A stretch of 64,000 bases of DNA from Candidatus Hydrogenedentota bacterium (GCA_963745075.1 CAVUWV010000021.1:137841-201840); one strand, 5' to 3'; shown: positions 52,759 through 63,846, numbered from the stretch's first letter. Notes: generated by a model from the sequence alone, not told the origin. Numbers and translations: made by a program.

Positions 52759-53926
52759 TCAGCGTAGCGGGTATGGACGTTCGTCGATCGCTTCGCCGTC
52801 GAGATACAGCAAGAGCCGCTGCCTGGAAACGTCCACGGTGGCCCACACATATTCGTAGATAGCCTCGGAGGGCATCGAGAACTGTTCCCCGAAGAGGTTG
52901 AAGACGGCGTCGCTGCGGATGAACCGAATGACGTGATAGCATCCGGCCTCGGGCTTGGGCAAAGGGAGTTTGGGTGGCCGTTCCTTGCGGGGGAATCGCA
53001 GCGGTTTGTTGGTAGCCGCCAAGGCCTCCATGGGGGTCTTGCCATTGAGCTTGGTGTATCGATAGCGGAGGTTGTGGCGTTGCTCGAAGGCCAGACTCTC
53101 CCGCTTGAGATCCTCTTCGCATTCCATGATGACCCGCCCCAAGAGCTTCTGTCGCCAATGGTCGTTGAACTTCTCGACCACGCCGTTGCGCCAAGGCTCG
53201 GCCAAGGGGATGAAGCACGGCTCGAATCCCCAGGGGCAAGCACAGTCGGATGAGCTTGCCCATGCCGCGCGGATGCCTGGGACTGCCGTAGAATACGGCC
53301 TCGTTGTCCACTTGTTGGTACTTCGGGAAGCCCAAACGCAGCCAAGTCGCCCACAAGGCATCCACTACGGTGTCTTTGCCGCCCAAAACCGGCTCGACGG
53401 CACAGCGCCCGGTGGCGAGGTCGACGCTGTTCAGGCTGTAGAAACGGATGGGTGTCCGGAGATAGCACGGCCCCACGAAGTCGCTTTGATGCACGAAACC
53501 GGGACGAGGCGCATCCAAGGCCGGATAGCTTTTCCCCTTGGGTTCGTAGCGCCCCGTGCGCCGATGGGTGAGGCCAAGGCGAGCGAGGATGCGTCCGATG
53601 GTCCGAATGCTGGGAAGCGGCTCTATCCCTTCCTCCTCGATTTGCCAGCGAATCGCCTGCGCTCCGCAAAACTCGCCCCGGTTGTACAATTGCAGCCGCA
53701 CATGCTTCACAATTTCCTCGAGTTCGGCGGGCGTTCGCGAGGGCAATCGAATCGGCCTGCGCGAATGCTCCCGATACCATTCCGCTTCGCCTGTTTGGTA
53801 CCGCTCCAGCCATTTGTAGAGCCATCTCCCCGTCCGCCCAAGACACGTGCATATCGTTTGGGCTTTCTCTCCCTTCAAATACCGTTGTACCGCTCGTCTT
53901 CGACGCCATTCTTCTTGCTCGTCCAT
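52759..53926 (-). CDS. DDE (rve) transposase, IS481-like; frameshift near 53230
   Basis: HTH (WLYKWLERY), PSIRTIGRIL, D in QSDF, QVDNE, E in NGVVEKFN; GGAGGAG RBS. Confidence 0.92.
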
Positions 53927-54207
53927 GTGCTCCTCCCTTTCTTGGAGAGAGCACATCGTCGCTCACGAGCCAAACATGATGCTTCGCCACTGAACGATGT
54001 CTTGGCACCAAAACCACTGAACGATGTCCTGGCATCTGTCACCTAATCCCTGGGAGCTTAACCGAGTGAGAAATCTCAGACCCTAACCTCTGAAAATCAT
54101 AACCCATTCATGGATAAAACCGGAACTTTTACATCGGCCCCGACGATCTGTTGTCTTGTACGCATAGGTATGGGTCTATGTTCGGAACATTTCCGAGTCC
54201 GTGGGCT

Positions 54208-55389
54208 TCATACCGCCATTCCCGCCGCGTGCCCAGACGACCAAGCCCACTGGAAGTTGTAACCCCCGAGCCAGCCGGTGACGTCCACAACTTCGCCGAT
54301 GAAATACAGACCGGGTACCTTCTTACTCTCCATCGTCTTCGGGGAAAGCTCTGCGGTATCGACCCCGCCCCGGGTCACTTCGGCCTTCTTGAACCCCTCA
54401 GTTCCGGCAGGAATGACGCGCCAGCCATGAATATGCGTGGCAATTTGCGTCAGCGTGTCGTCCTTCTGATCCGCGATGCGCCCCTGCCATCCGTGGAGTT
54501 CGACCAACCGCTGGGCGAGCCGTTTCGGTAGGCATTCAACAAGCACGGTTCCGATCCCGGCGCGTCCGCCCCGCCTCTTTTCCGCGAGCAATCGCTCGTC
54601 GAGGGAGACGCCGGGCGACATATCGATGGAAACCGCATCTCCCAGCTTCCAGTAGGACGAGATCTGCAGGATGGCCGGGCCGCTCAGTCCGCGGTGGGTG
54701 AATAGGGCGCTTTCGCGGAATGTCTTGCCGTTGCAGTGTACCTCTGCGTCGAACGACACACCGGCCAAGCCGTCGAATCGGCGCAAGTCTTCGGGACCGA
54801 AGAGGAACGGTACGAGGGCCGGTTCGGGTTCGTTCACAGCGAGTCCAAATTGCCGCGCGATGCGGTAGCCAAAGTCAGTGGCGCCGAGTTTCGGGATGGA
54901 CAGTCCGCCCGTCGCAATCACGAGCGAGGGTGCGTTCCACGAACCCCGGTTCGTGACGACGTGAAAGGTCTCTGTGCGGGTCACTTCCGCAACGTCGCAG
55001 TCGAGAACACGCTGCACACTGGCCTTCCCACACTCTGCGAGCAGCAGATCGATCACATCCTGGGCCGTAGTATCACAGAACAGTTGCCCCAGTTTCTTCT
55101 CGTGATACGGGACGCCGTGGCGTTCCAGCAGCGCAATGAAATCGTCGGGGCGGTACCGTGCCAGGGCGGAGGTGCAAAACCGCGGATTACGCGAGACGAA
55201 GTTTTCGGTTGCGGCATGAATGTTGGTGAAATTGCAGCGACCGCCGCCGGAGATACGAATCTTCTCGCCCGCAACCGCGTTCCGTTCCAGAAGAAAAACC
55301 TTCCGGCCCCGCCGTCCGGCGGTCAAGGCGCACATCATGCCCGCGGCGCCGGCGCCGATCGCTATCACATCAACGTTCAGAGCGTACAC
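54208..55389 (-). CDS. HI0933/BaiN-family flavoprotein
   Basis: IGAGAAG, ISGGGRCNFTN, ATGGLS, LFTHRGLSGP, GEVVDVTGWLGGYNFQWAW. Confidence 0.96.
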   Translation of the reverse strand: MYALNVDVIAIGAGAAGMMCALTAGRRGRKVFLLERNAVAGEKIRISGGGRCNFTNIHAATENFVSRNPRFCTSALARYRPDDFIALLERHGVPYHEKKLGQLFCDTTAQDVIDLLLAECGKASVQRVLDCDVAEVTRTETFHVVTNRGSWNAPSLVIATGGLSIPKLGATDFGYRIARQFGLAVNEPEPALVPFLFGPEDLRRFDGLAGVSFDAEVHCNGKTFRESALFTHRGLSGPAILQISSYWKLGDAVSIDMSPGVSLDERLLAEKRRGGRAGIGTVLVECLPKRLAQRLVELHGWQGRIADQKDDTLTQIATHIHGWRVIPAGTEGFKKAEVTRGGVDTAELSPKTMESKKVPGLYFIGEVVDVTGWLGGYNFQWAWSSGHAAGMAV

Positions 55390-55395
55390 CGATCG

Positions 55396-56200
55396 TCATC
55401 CGCGGAATTCTGCCACGATGTCGCGCGCGGCGCGCATGGCATCGGCGAGGAATTCCGGTGCGGACTGCCCGCGGTCCTTGGGAACCACTTCCAACAGGTA
55501 GCACCCCGTATAGCCATTCCATGCCGTTGCTTCGCTCAGCAGCTTGAAGTCGACGACTCCATGCGCGGGAAGCCAGTGCTGGTCACGCCGGCCATCGGTG
55601 TCCGACAGATGCGTCGTGACCACGCGCGGTCCCCAGCGCCGCAATAGCGCTCCGGGTTCTGGGCTGTACAGCCAGTCATGACTCGAATCGTAGCAGAGCC
55701 CCAGCGAGGCCGACGGAATGCGCTCAAGCAGCCAATCGATATGGGCCGGACTGCGGGTATTCTCAATGACAATCGTTACGCCTGCACGCTCACCCGCGTC
55801 GACGATTCGTCGCAGCGAGTCCGTACCCGACGGATTTGGCGGTGGGGTACCGGTTCCCTGGGTGACGTGCATGACGAGCAAATCGACGTCGTGGCGCGCA
55901 CAATCTTCAACCCAGCCAAGGTGACGCTTCACCATGCTGTCGCGGGTCTCATCGTTCTCCGACCACAGGTCGTTGCATCCGGCGTACGGGACGTGAATAT
56001 TGTCGATGTGCAACCCGATTCGCCGGACCATGTCGGGCACAAGATGGCGAAGACGGCGGCGCGGCTCGTTCTCCTCTTCCCACCAAAGGCTCGTCGCCTC
56101 GAACCCGGCATCGCGGATCATCTCCATGCGCTCGACAAAGGGAACGCGCAGACCAAACCACGCGAACAGACCCAGGCGACGGCGCGCGTGGGCAGGGCAT
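55396..56200 (-). CDS. Sugar phosphate isomerase/epimerase (xylose isomerase-like TIM barrel); 5' end uncertain
   Basis: IHVPY, IENT, CYDSSH, HLSD, H.LP..G.VDF. Confidence 0.85.
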
Positions 56201-56229
56201 TCACGGGCCGATCGGGGGCAAGCCCGGAC

Positions 56230-56916
56230 TTATCCGTCATAACGATATCCGGCGCCGTGGACGGTTCGAATGATTTCGGGATTCTTCGGGTCCACTTCGA
56301 TTCGCTTTCCGCAGTTGCGAAATATGTTGATCGAGCGTCCGGCTGTTCGGCATATGGTCGACTCCCCAGCATTCGTCAAACAACGTATCGCGGTCGACGA
56401 CACTCCCTTGCCGCTGGTGCAACGCGGTGAGGACACGCACGTCCCGCAAGCTCAAGTCGAGCACGGTCTTCGCCCGCCGCGCGCGTAGTTGCGCGGGCAA
56501 CACCTCCAGGTCGCCCATTGTAAACGGCGCCGGCGGAGGATTGATAGTCTTCGCCGCCATGCAGCGTCGGGTGACGGCCCGGATACGCGCAACAACTTCG
56601 CGCACGCCAAAGGGCTTCAGGATGTAGTCGTCTGCGCCGAGTTCGAGACCCAAAACCTTGTCCACCTCCTCCGACTTGGCGCTGATGAAGATGACCGGCA
56701 CGGACGCATCGCTCTTCCGAATCTCCCGGCAGACGTCGTAGCCGTTACGCCAGGCATCATGATATCCAGACAGACGAAATCCGGACCGTGTTGTTTGAAC
56801 AGCGTCAGCGCTTCTTTCCCGTCCCGCGCGGTCAGGGTCTCGTATCCTTCGCCTTGCAGGATTTCCGCCAACCCGTTGCGGATATGGGCATCGTCTTCGG
56901 CGATGAGCACTTTCAT
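56230..56916 (-). CDS. OmpR-family response regulator; frameshifts near 56745 and 56310
   Basis: MKVLIAEDD, CLDIMMPG, GADDYILKPF, SRTLDQHISQLRK, RTVHGAGYR. Confidence 0.92.
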
Positions 56917-58548
56917 CGAACGTCTCCTTCGGGAACAACCGGACAACGCAGCGTAAGCCGGAACGTCGCCCCCACATCGCTGGGGACGAGCACCAAATCG
57001 CCGCCATGCAAGACGAGCCAGTTCGCGCGCGATGGCAAGACCGATCCCGGTGCCCGTTACGCCGTCGGACAGGCGATCGCTGACGCGATAAAACGGCTGG
57101 AAGACGCGATCGCGTTCGGACTTGGGAATGCCGGGGCCGGCGTCAGAAACCGTGACGCTCACGGTATCACCGTTCTGACTGGTTTGGACGTCTAGGCGCT
57201 TGCCGTCGGCGCCGTACTTCTCGACATTGCTGATGAGATTGCCGACGACTTGCTCGAGGACGTCAGCGTCCACCATCACTGGGCCGGTCGCGCCGCCGCT
57301 GAACGTCGTGACGATTTCCCTGGATTCCAAGGCCGGTTTGTAGTGATTGAGCACCGCACGCAGAATCTCGTCGACGACGCCGGGTGCGGTCGAAGTTGGA
57401 GCGTGTGCCGCTCCCTCCGGCTGAACGTCAATACGTTTCCGATCAACCGGCTCAGACGCTGACTTTCGGAAACGATAATATCCAAGTGGCGACGCGGCTT
57501 CTCCTGCGACTCGTCGATTTCCTGTTCGAGTAATTCGGCGTACATGCGGATGTTGGTCAACGGCGTCTTGAGTTCATGGGAGACCTGATTCACAAAGGAA
57601 ACACGTTGTGCGGCCACGCGCATGTCGCGCGCGTTCTCGCGGTAGAAATACGCGGCCAACCCTAAAACCGCCAGCGCCACGGCTACGACCGCAGATCCGA
57701 CGTTGAACCAGAGGCTCCGCGACAGCCCCGCACGCGTAAGTTCGGGGGGCGCATAATACGCAAGCGACCAACCGCCGAGCGGATAACTGAGCGCCAGGGT
57801 CGCACGCGGCCGCTCGTCGTCCGCCGGTCCGTATCCGCCCCATTGATAGATGGGCGCCCCCTTCGTATCCAGCAACACCATCCGCACGTCTTCCGGCGGG
57901 ACTCGCTCCCGCAGGGGTATCCGGCAACGCGATCACGATGTCGGATTTCAGCCGCGCCGCATTCAGCTCCGCCCCAATAATCCTCGCCGGATGGGTCGCG
58001 ATACCAGTAGATGAGGTGGGTCCCGTCGCCCCAAAACCACGCGTACCAGCCCTCGGCGCGCTCAGGGCCCGCCGCAAGCTGCGTGGCCGCTCCCTTTCCC
58101 TTTCCGCGGCACGAACTGCTGCGGCGCGTCTCCGGCTCCGAGGAGAAATCATTGGTCAAGGTCTGCCGATCCCAGATGTCAGCGGTTCTCGCGAGAAATA
58201 CACTCTCGTCGGTGGTCAATTGATCTACTGGATTCGGGTACACCAGGCGTTCGTCCGAATCTAAGACAAAATACTGCGAGACCGTCGGCGACTGCCGTGC
58301 GCGTTCGCGAAGTTGCTTCCGGCGAAGCCGGCGCGGAAGCCAGATTCGGTCCGCAAGTCCCGCTGCCATCGTTCGAGGACATTGGCGATCTCGCCGTCGA
58401 CACTGCGTAGCTGGTTCTCCATGAGCAACGAGAAGCGGTGCTCGAGGACCGTCTGCTCGTCGCGAACGAGCTTAGCCCCCAGCCATCCGAGAACGGCCAG
58501 GGGCACAATCACGATCAGCGCAAATATGACGAGTAATCGGGGTTTCAA
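56913..58548 (-). CDS. Membrane sensor histidine kinase; several frameshifts
   Basis: N-terminal TM, second TM, SHELKTPLTNI, NLISNVEKY, DAGPGI, GTGIGL across ORF fragments. Confidence 0.9.
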
Positions 58549-58553
58549 TTCTT

Positions 58554-59909
58554 TTATCCAGACCTCACGCTTTGTTGTTGTTTCGTCTTCACGTCGTATT
58601 CTTTCCCCAATTTGCGCGATTTGACGTAATTCTCGGGATCCAGGTTATTCAGAAATGTAATCGTTGGTTCCGGCGTCTTTCCGGAGCGTTCATTGTTGTA
58701 GCGATTCGCGCTCTCGCGAAGAAATCCGCTGTATTGGAGAACAGTAATTGCTTACGAGCCTCCTCTACGCGTCCCTGGTCACGCAATGTCAATGCGAGAT
58801 TGGCCCGTTCAGCGCCAATCTGTTGGATCGACGTTGGCCATAATCTCCGGGTCCGTCTTCTGTTCAACGACCTCCGCGGAATTCGTGTACCGGGCGAGTA
58901 CCACTTTGGTCTGCTCGATCCGGTTGCCGCTGTTCATGTCACGGTATGTGATTTCCACGTCCGCCACCGCAGCCGTGTCATCCGCCTTGTAAGCGGGAAC
59001 GTCCAACTCGACGATGACGTAACGGGTCTGCCCGCTGCCGAGCTGGTTCAGTGACGTGCGAACGATTTGGCCGTCGATGGTGGCTTCGCGCCCGAGCACG
59101 CGCACCGGGCGCACCCCGGGCTTGCACGACAGCCGCATCTCGACATCCTGCGCGACAACACTGAGCGCATCGCCGAATTCAAGCGCGTACGCACGCTCCA
59201 GGTCGACGGCGTTCTCGACAAACATGTGGTTTCCGTCGCTGGCTAGGGCCAGTCGCGTCATCAGGTCTTCATTGTAGCCGAGCCCCAGTCCCATGGTGGA
59301 AACCGTGATGCCTTCCTTGCCAAGGGCCGTGCCGAGATCGCCCAGTTCGCCCGGGGAACTGGGTCCGACGTTGGCCAGCCCGTCGGAGAGCAGGATGATC
59401 CGGTTAACGCGATCTTTGCTGAGGAACTTGCGGACTTCGCCCGCGCCTTTGCTCACGCCTGCGAACAGGGCCGTGCTGCCGCCCGCGGAGATACCGTCGA
59501 TGGCCTGATAGATCGCAGTCGTATCCGTGGCCCGGGTCGCGGGAACGAGCACTTCCACGGTCGACTCGTACGCAACCACGGAAATGATATCGTCGCCACG
59601 GAGACGGTCGATAGCGCGCTTGGCGGCATCCCGCGCGGCGGCGATCTTCTGGCCCTGCATCGAGCCGGACCGGTCAATCACAATGGCGAGGTTTACCGGC
59701 GCCCGCTCGGCTTCACCGGGCAAGGGCTGCCCCGTCACGGCAACGCGCAGGTAGGCGTTCTGGCGTGCGCCCTCCATTAGCACCGGCGTGGCCAGCGCGG
59801 CATCCAGACGGGCCGTGTCGGCCATCGCGACGGCCGATGCGGCCAGCGCGGCGAGGCACGCGACCGCCAATCGCAGGCTGTGACGTTGTACAAGCGTGTA
59901 AGCGTTCAT
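58554..59909 (-). CDS. Exported VWA-domain protein (YfbK-like); frameshifted C-terminus
   Basis: Signal peptide; IDRSGSM MIDAS, GSTAL, LLSDGLANVG, GLGLGYNE. Confidence 0.88.
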
Positions 59910-60004
59910 GATAATTCTCCCGTTGATGTCTTGTCTCAGGATTCTCCGATTCGCTCACTACACATCAACGGTACCGTGACCGGCCCAACCACAGGTCAGG
60001 CCGG

Positions 60005-60031
60005 TGTCATACGATTGTAAAAGATCTGTGA
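60005..60031 (-). promoter_or_regulatory. Triple direct repeat, candidate OmpR-family binding site
   Basis: Minus strand TCACA-N6-TTACA-N6-TGACA (11-bp period) about 100 bp upstream of the VWA gene. Confidence 0.6.
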
Positions 60032-60192
60032 GGCTTCATGCGGTTTGCGGCCTATTGGCAAATTGATACGGCGGGTTTTCTTACCCGCCATTGAAATGCC
60101 TGTCCGGGACAGCGAAACAGTCGCCATCGAAAAAGTATATCTTGAGCGATCTTCAACCGGGTCGGCGCTGCGACCAAGAAAGCTTTCGGCGC

Positions 60193-60212
60193 GGCGGGTT
60201 GGAAAACCCGCC
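60193..60212. terminator. Hairpin downstream of ppk1 (terminator or REP-like)
   Basis: GGCGGGTT-GGAA-AACCCGCC. Confidence 0.45.
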
Positions 60213-60237
60213 CTCCTTAAAGGCGAGTCCGAGAAAC

Positions 60238-62262
60238 TCAGCTACCAGGCAGGCTTTCGGACGCATGGGGTGGCTGCGCGGTGATCTCGTGGAAGTACTC
60301 TTGCGTAGCGCGCTGCGCCTGGAGCTTCCCCGTCCCGTCGATGACGTAGAGGTTGGACTGGGTCTGGTCCAGCACGCGGGCCTTGTAACAGTCGCCCACC
60401 TGAAGGGCCATCATGTCCGCGACTTCCTGCAGCAGATGGGGATCGTAAATCGGGAACGCCACCTCCACGCGCCAGTCGAGATTACGTTCCATCAGATCGG
60501 AGGAACTCATGAAAATCTTCCGGTCGTCCCCTTTCCCAAACATGAAGATCCGCTGATGTTCCAGATACCGGTCGAGAATGGAAATCGCCCGAATGTTCGG
60601 GTGCGGCAGCATCGCATAGGTCGTTCGGACGACGAGATCCATCTGCACGCCCGCGTCGGCCGCGTCGCGAATGCGCTTGATGATCTTTGCGTCGGTGAGG
60701 TGGTTCACCTTCAGGCAGATATATCCGTCCAGACCCTTCGCCTTTTCGCGATTAACGAGCTTGATGAGCGCTTTCCGTGAATTGAAGGGCGATACAAGCA
60801 GGTGCTTGAACTTCGGGGACGTTAACGTATGCATCTTCGACGCCTGTTCGAGAAAATCGAAGACCGCAGCGACTTCGGCGGTAATGCGCCGGTCAGCAGT
60901 CAACAACATGCTGTCCACGTACAGATGGCTGGTGGCTTCGTTGAAATTCCCCGTCGACAAACCGCAGATGAGCGCACCCTTCCGCTTGATCAGCAGCAGT
61001 TTGCCGTGCACTTTCATCGGCGGAACGCCGTACGAGACGACCGCGCCCGCCTCGGACAGGAATTCCGAAATCTTGATGTTGTTCTTCTCGTCGAACCGCG
61101 CCTGTAATTCGATAGACACGAATATCTTCTTGCCGTTGCGCGCGGCGGCGGCCAGTGCGTTCACGACCTGCGATCGCGTCGCGGCCCGATACAGGGAAAT
61201 CTTGATCTCTTCCACCTTGGGATCGATGGCCGCCTCGCGGAGCAGCCGAATGACGTGGTCAAAACTCTGATAGGGGTACGTCACCAGGATATCCCGCTCC
61301 CGGATGATGTCCAGAATAGGCTCGTTCACGTTATCCAGAATCACGTGCGGCGCAGGCTCGGCTCGGGGAAATGCCAGATCGGGCCGGTGATTGGGAAACT
61401 GCATCAAGTCTTTCATGTTATGGTAACGCGCGCCCGGGATCAGGGCGTCGTCGCTGGTAATGCGCAACTCCTTCCGCAGCAATTTCAACAGCCCGGGCGG
61501 CATTTCAGAGTCGTACACGATGCGCGTGGGGCGCCCGCCCTTTCGCTGTTGGAGCACGCGCTCCATCTTCCGCACGTACCCCTCGGAGAAGTCGTTGTCG
61601 ATGTCCAATTCCGCGTCGCGCGAGATCTTGAACTCGAATGCCTCGATACCTTCGTAGTCGAAGATGTAGAAGATGTCGTTCAACGAATAACGAATCAAAT
61701 CGTCGATATACATGATGTCGCCGTTGGGCAACTGAACGAAACGCGGTAGTTCGTTCGGGATCTCGAGGACGGCGTAACGCTCCTTCTCACCCTCCATCTT
61801 GATGCCGAAATAGAGGGCGCCATCCTTGATTGGGGGAAAAGGGAGACCACTGTGAATAATGATGGGAACCAGACTGGGCAGCACATTCGCGCGGAAATGG
61901 TCCTGAAGCCACTGCCCCAGGTCGCCCGTGTGCCCGTTGATGTCCTGTTCGGTCAGGATCCGAATGCCCTCATTCGCGAGCGCGGACGTGATATCGCAGT
62001 ACGCTTTGCGAAACCGATCATCCAGATCGCGCGCTTTGTCGACCACCACTTCCAGCACGGCGCTCATGCTCTTCTTACCGAGTTCGATGCGGCGATGGAT
62101 ACTGGCGACCCGGACTTTGAAGAACTCATCCATATTGGAGGAAAAGATTCCGAGAAACTTGAGACGCTCCATGAGGGGGTTGCGGGTGTCCTCAGCCTCT
62201 TGCAGAACGCGCTCGTTGAAGGACAGCGTGGAGACTTCTCGGATCTGGTAGATGTTCTTCAT
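60238..62262 (-). CDS. ppk1: Polyphosphate kinase 1
   Basis: LSFNERVLQEA, FSSNMDEFF, ELQARFDE, KVHGK, STGNFNE, RYLEH.R, MERNLDWRVE. Confidence 0.97.
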   Translation of the reverse strand: MKNIYQIREVSTLSFNERVLQEAEDTRNPLMERLKFLGIFSSNMDEFFKVRVASIHRRIELGKKSMSAVLEVVVDKARDLDDRFRKAYCDITSALANEGIRILTEQDINGHTGDLGQWLQDHFRANVLPSLVPIIIHSGLPFPPIKDGALYFGIKMEGEKERYAVLEIPNELPRFVQLPNGDIMYIDDLIRYSLNDIFYIFDYEGIEAFEFKISRDAELDIDNDFSEGYVRKMERVLQQRKGGRPTRIVYDSEMPPGLLKLLRKELRITSDDALIPGARYHNMKDLMQFPNHRPDLAFPRAEPAPHVILDNVNEPILDIIRERDILVTYPYQSFDHVIRLLREAAIDPKVEEIKISLYRAATRSQVVNALAAAARNGKKIFVSIELQARFDEKNNIKISEFLSEAGAVVSYGVPPMKVHGKLLLIKRKGALICGLSTGNFNEATSHLYVDSMLLTADRRITAEVAAVFDFLEQASKMHTLTSPKFKHLLVSPFNSRKALIKLVNREKAKGLDGYICLKVNHLTDAKIIKRIRDAADAGVQMDLVVRTTYAMLPHPNIRAISILDRYLEHQRIFMFGKGDDRKIFMSSSDLMERNLDWRVEVAFPIYDPHLLQEVADMMALQVGDCYKARVLDQTQSNLYVIDGTGKLQAQRATQEYFHEITAQPPHASESLPGS

Positions 62263-62627
62263 AGGTCAGCCACTATAACAAATCGCCGCGGCGCTGGCTA
62301 GCCCGATTCTAACAATTGAAATAGGTGGAATCCGGTACGTCCCATCCAAGGCAAGACAAAGCCCTTTGGCGATGTTAATCGAGTGTGATTCAATGACTTG
62401 GAACGCGCAGGATGCCGAAACTTAGGATTGAATTGTGTCAAGTAATTACGCTCTGACACGGGCGCTTCGCCTCCCAATTGATTCGCGGAGATACTCAGGG
62501 ATTAGAATGTCCTCGCGTTGAAATGTCTCGTACAGGTTCACCAGAACCAGCAAGGCACAGCGGGTCTGAATTCGGGGAATCTCAGCTATACTGACCCGGT
62601 GATCGGAGAAAACAATGAGCCCGGCAG

Positions 62628-63647
62628 ATGACAGCAAATGCATCCATCTATGAGCCACTCCATCTACCCGAAGACGATCCGCAGGCGGGCGCTTGGCGGT
62701 CACGCATCAGACACTTCGTGGTCGATGGCTTCCGCATGAGCCACAAGGCCAAGGCCCTGGTGGCGCAAATGAAGCAACGGGAGACCGATTCCCGAGGAGG
62801 TCTGGGGACGCGGACCCGAAACGCCGCGAGTTGGCGCAAGGAGATCGCCGAGATTATCCAAGACGAGATCGGCTGGCCCAATTCGAATTTCATCCCGGAA
62901 GATCCATTTAGCCTTGTCATCTGTAACATTCACTGGGACGGTTACTTTATGGATGGCATGGAGGTCGAATGCATCGCAATGCGCATGGAGGAGCTGACCG
63001 GCATTGATGCTTTCGACGAAGATGCTTGGACCGCATATTGGGAGCTAACATTCGGTGAGGTCGTCGATGCCCTCTTGCGGGATCCGACCGATCCGGCCGC
63101 GGTTATCAAGAAAGTTTGTCTCTGGCCCAGCGAAGGCCCGAATGCACTCGAAGCGCTCTCCTGCACGGCTCCGGCCATCTTCTTCGACATCCGGAAATTC
63201 CTCACGCAAGAGAAGTACGGCGTGTCGAAACCCTCGCTTCGGTTGTCCACTCCGCTCCAAACTCTATTTCAAAAGGTACCGTCCTACGAGTTGGAACACT
63301 ATCTCGCGCGCCGTTTCAACGTCGCGAGCGACGTGCTGCGCACATTTTCTTCCGAACTGGACATGGCCAAAGCAGGAATGGTTGGCACCCTGATCGTCGT
63401 GGCGGCGTTTTCGGGGCTGCTGTTAGCTCTGGACTTAAGATTTCCAGACGCGGCAGATTCTTCAATGTGGCTACTCCCAATAATGTTCGGCGTTATCGGC
63501 TTGGGCGTCACGTTTTGGTTCGGCTTACCCGGTTTCTTGTCCCGCCCATTCTGGCCAAGACACAAGCGTCTCAAGACGGTAAAGGACCTTGTCGAGCACA
63601 TCCAGAAAGAACGTGCGCGGGTTAACGCACAGCCTACCCATCAGTAG
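62628..63647 (+). CDS. Hypothetical membrane protein with degenerate acyl-carrier-protein-like segments
   Basis: KEIAEIIQDEIG..IPEDPF, MEVECIAMRMEE..TFGEVVD, two TM helices, C-terminal KTVKDLVEHI. Confidence 0.6.
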   Translation: MTANASIYEPLHLPEDDPQAGAWRSRIRHFVVDGFRMSHKAKALVAQMKQRETDSRGGLGTRTRNAASWRKEIAEIIQDEIGWPNSNFIPEDPFSLVICNIHWDGYFMDGMEVECIAMRMEELTGIDAFDEDAWTAYWELTFGEVVDALLRDPTDPAAVIKKVCLWPSEGPNALEALSCTAPAIFFDIRKFLTQEKYGVSKPSLRLSTPLQTLFQKVPSYELEHYLARRFNVASDVLRTFSSELDMAKAGMVGTLIVVAAFSGLLLALDLRFPDAADSSMWLLPIMFGVIGLGVTFWFGLPGFLSRPFWPRHKRLKTVKDLVEHIQKERARVNAQPTHQ

Positions 63648-63690
63648 AAGTCAACTCTTCGTACCGATTCCCATAACTGTCGTCCTTTTA

Positions 63691-63838
63691 TGGAGTGCGG
63701 CCGCTTGCGGCTGCTTTCGCCGAGCAGGCTTGCCTGCGGTTTGTCTCGACTTTATGGCAGTATCGACTCTTGTCGCTTGGCGGGATAAGGTTTTTCGCAA
63801 TTGACCAAAGAAAAGCAGCCGCAAACGACCGCACTCCA
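63691..63838. repeat. REP/MITE-like long inverted repeat between convergent genes
   Basis: TGGAGTGCGGCCGCTTGCGGCTGCTTT (63691-63717) vs AAAGCAGCCGCAAACGACCGCACTCCA (63812-63838), 25/27 complementary; internal GCAGGC-TT-GCCTGC. Confidence 0.8.
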
Positions 63839-63846
63839 AGGTCTGC

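Larger units (their letters stand above)
52521..54041 (-). mobile_element. Complete IS481-like insertion sequence (1521 bp)
   Basis: Flanked by CCTAAT direct repeats (52515-52520, 54042-54047). Each end has two inverted copies of GCCAggACATCGTTCAGT at 27-bp period (52529, 52556; 53988, 54015). Confidence 0.92.

Noticed and set aside
53215..53240. Programmed frameshift in the transposase
   Set aside because: It falls inside the DDE core at short homopolymer runs with no slippery A-rich heptamer; similar indels occur across the window
52529..54033. CRISPR-like repeats (GCCAGGACATCGTTCAGT)
   Set aside because: Only two copies per side, ~8-nt spacers, inverted between sides, no cas genes; explained as IS end repeats
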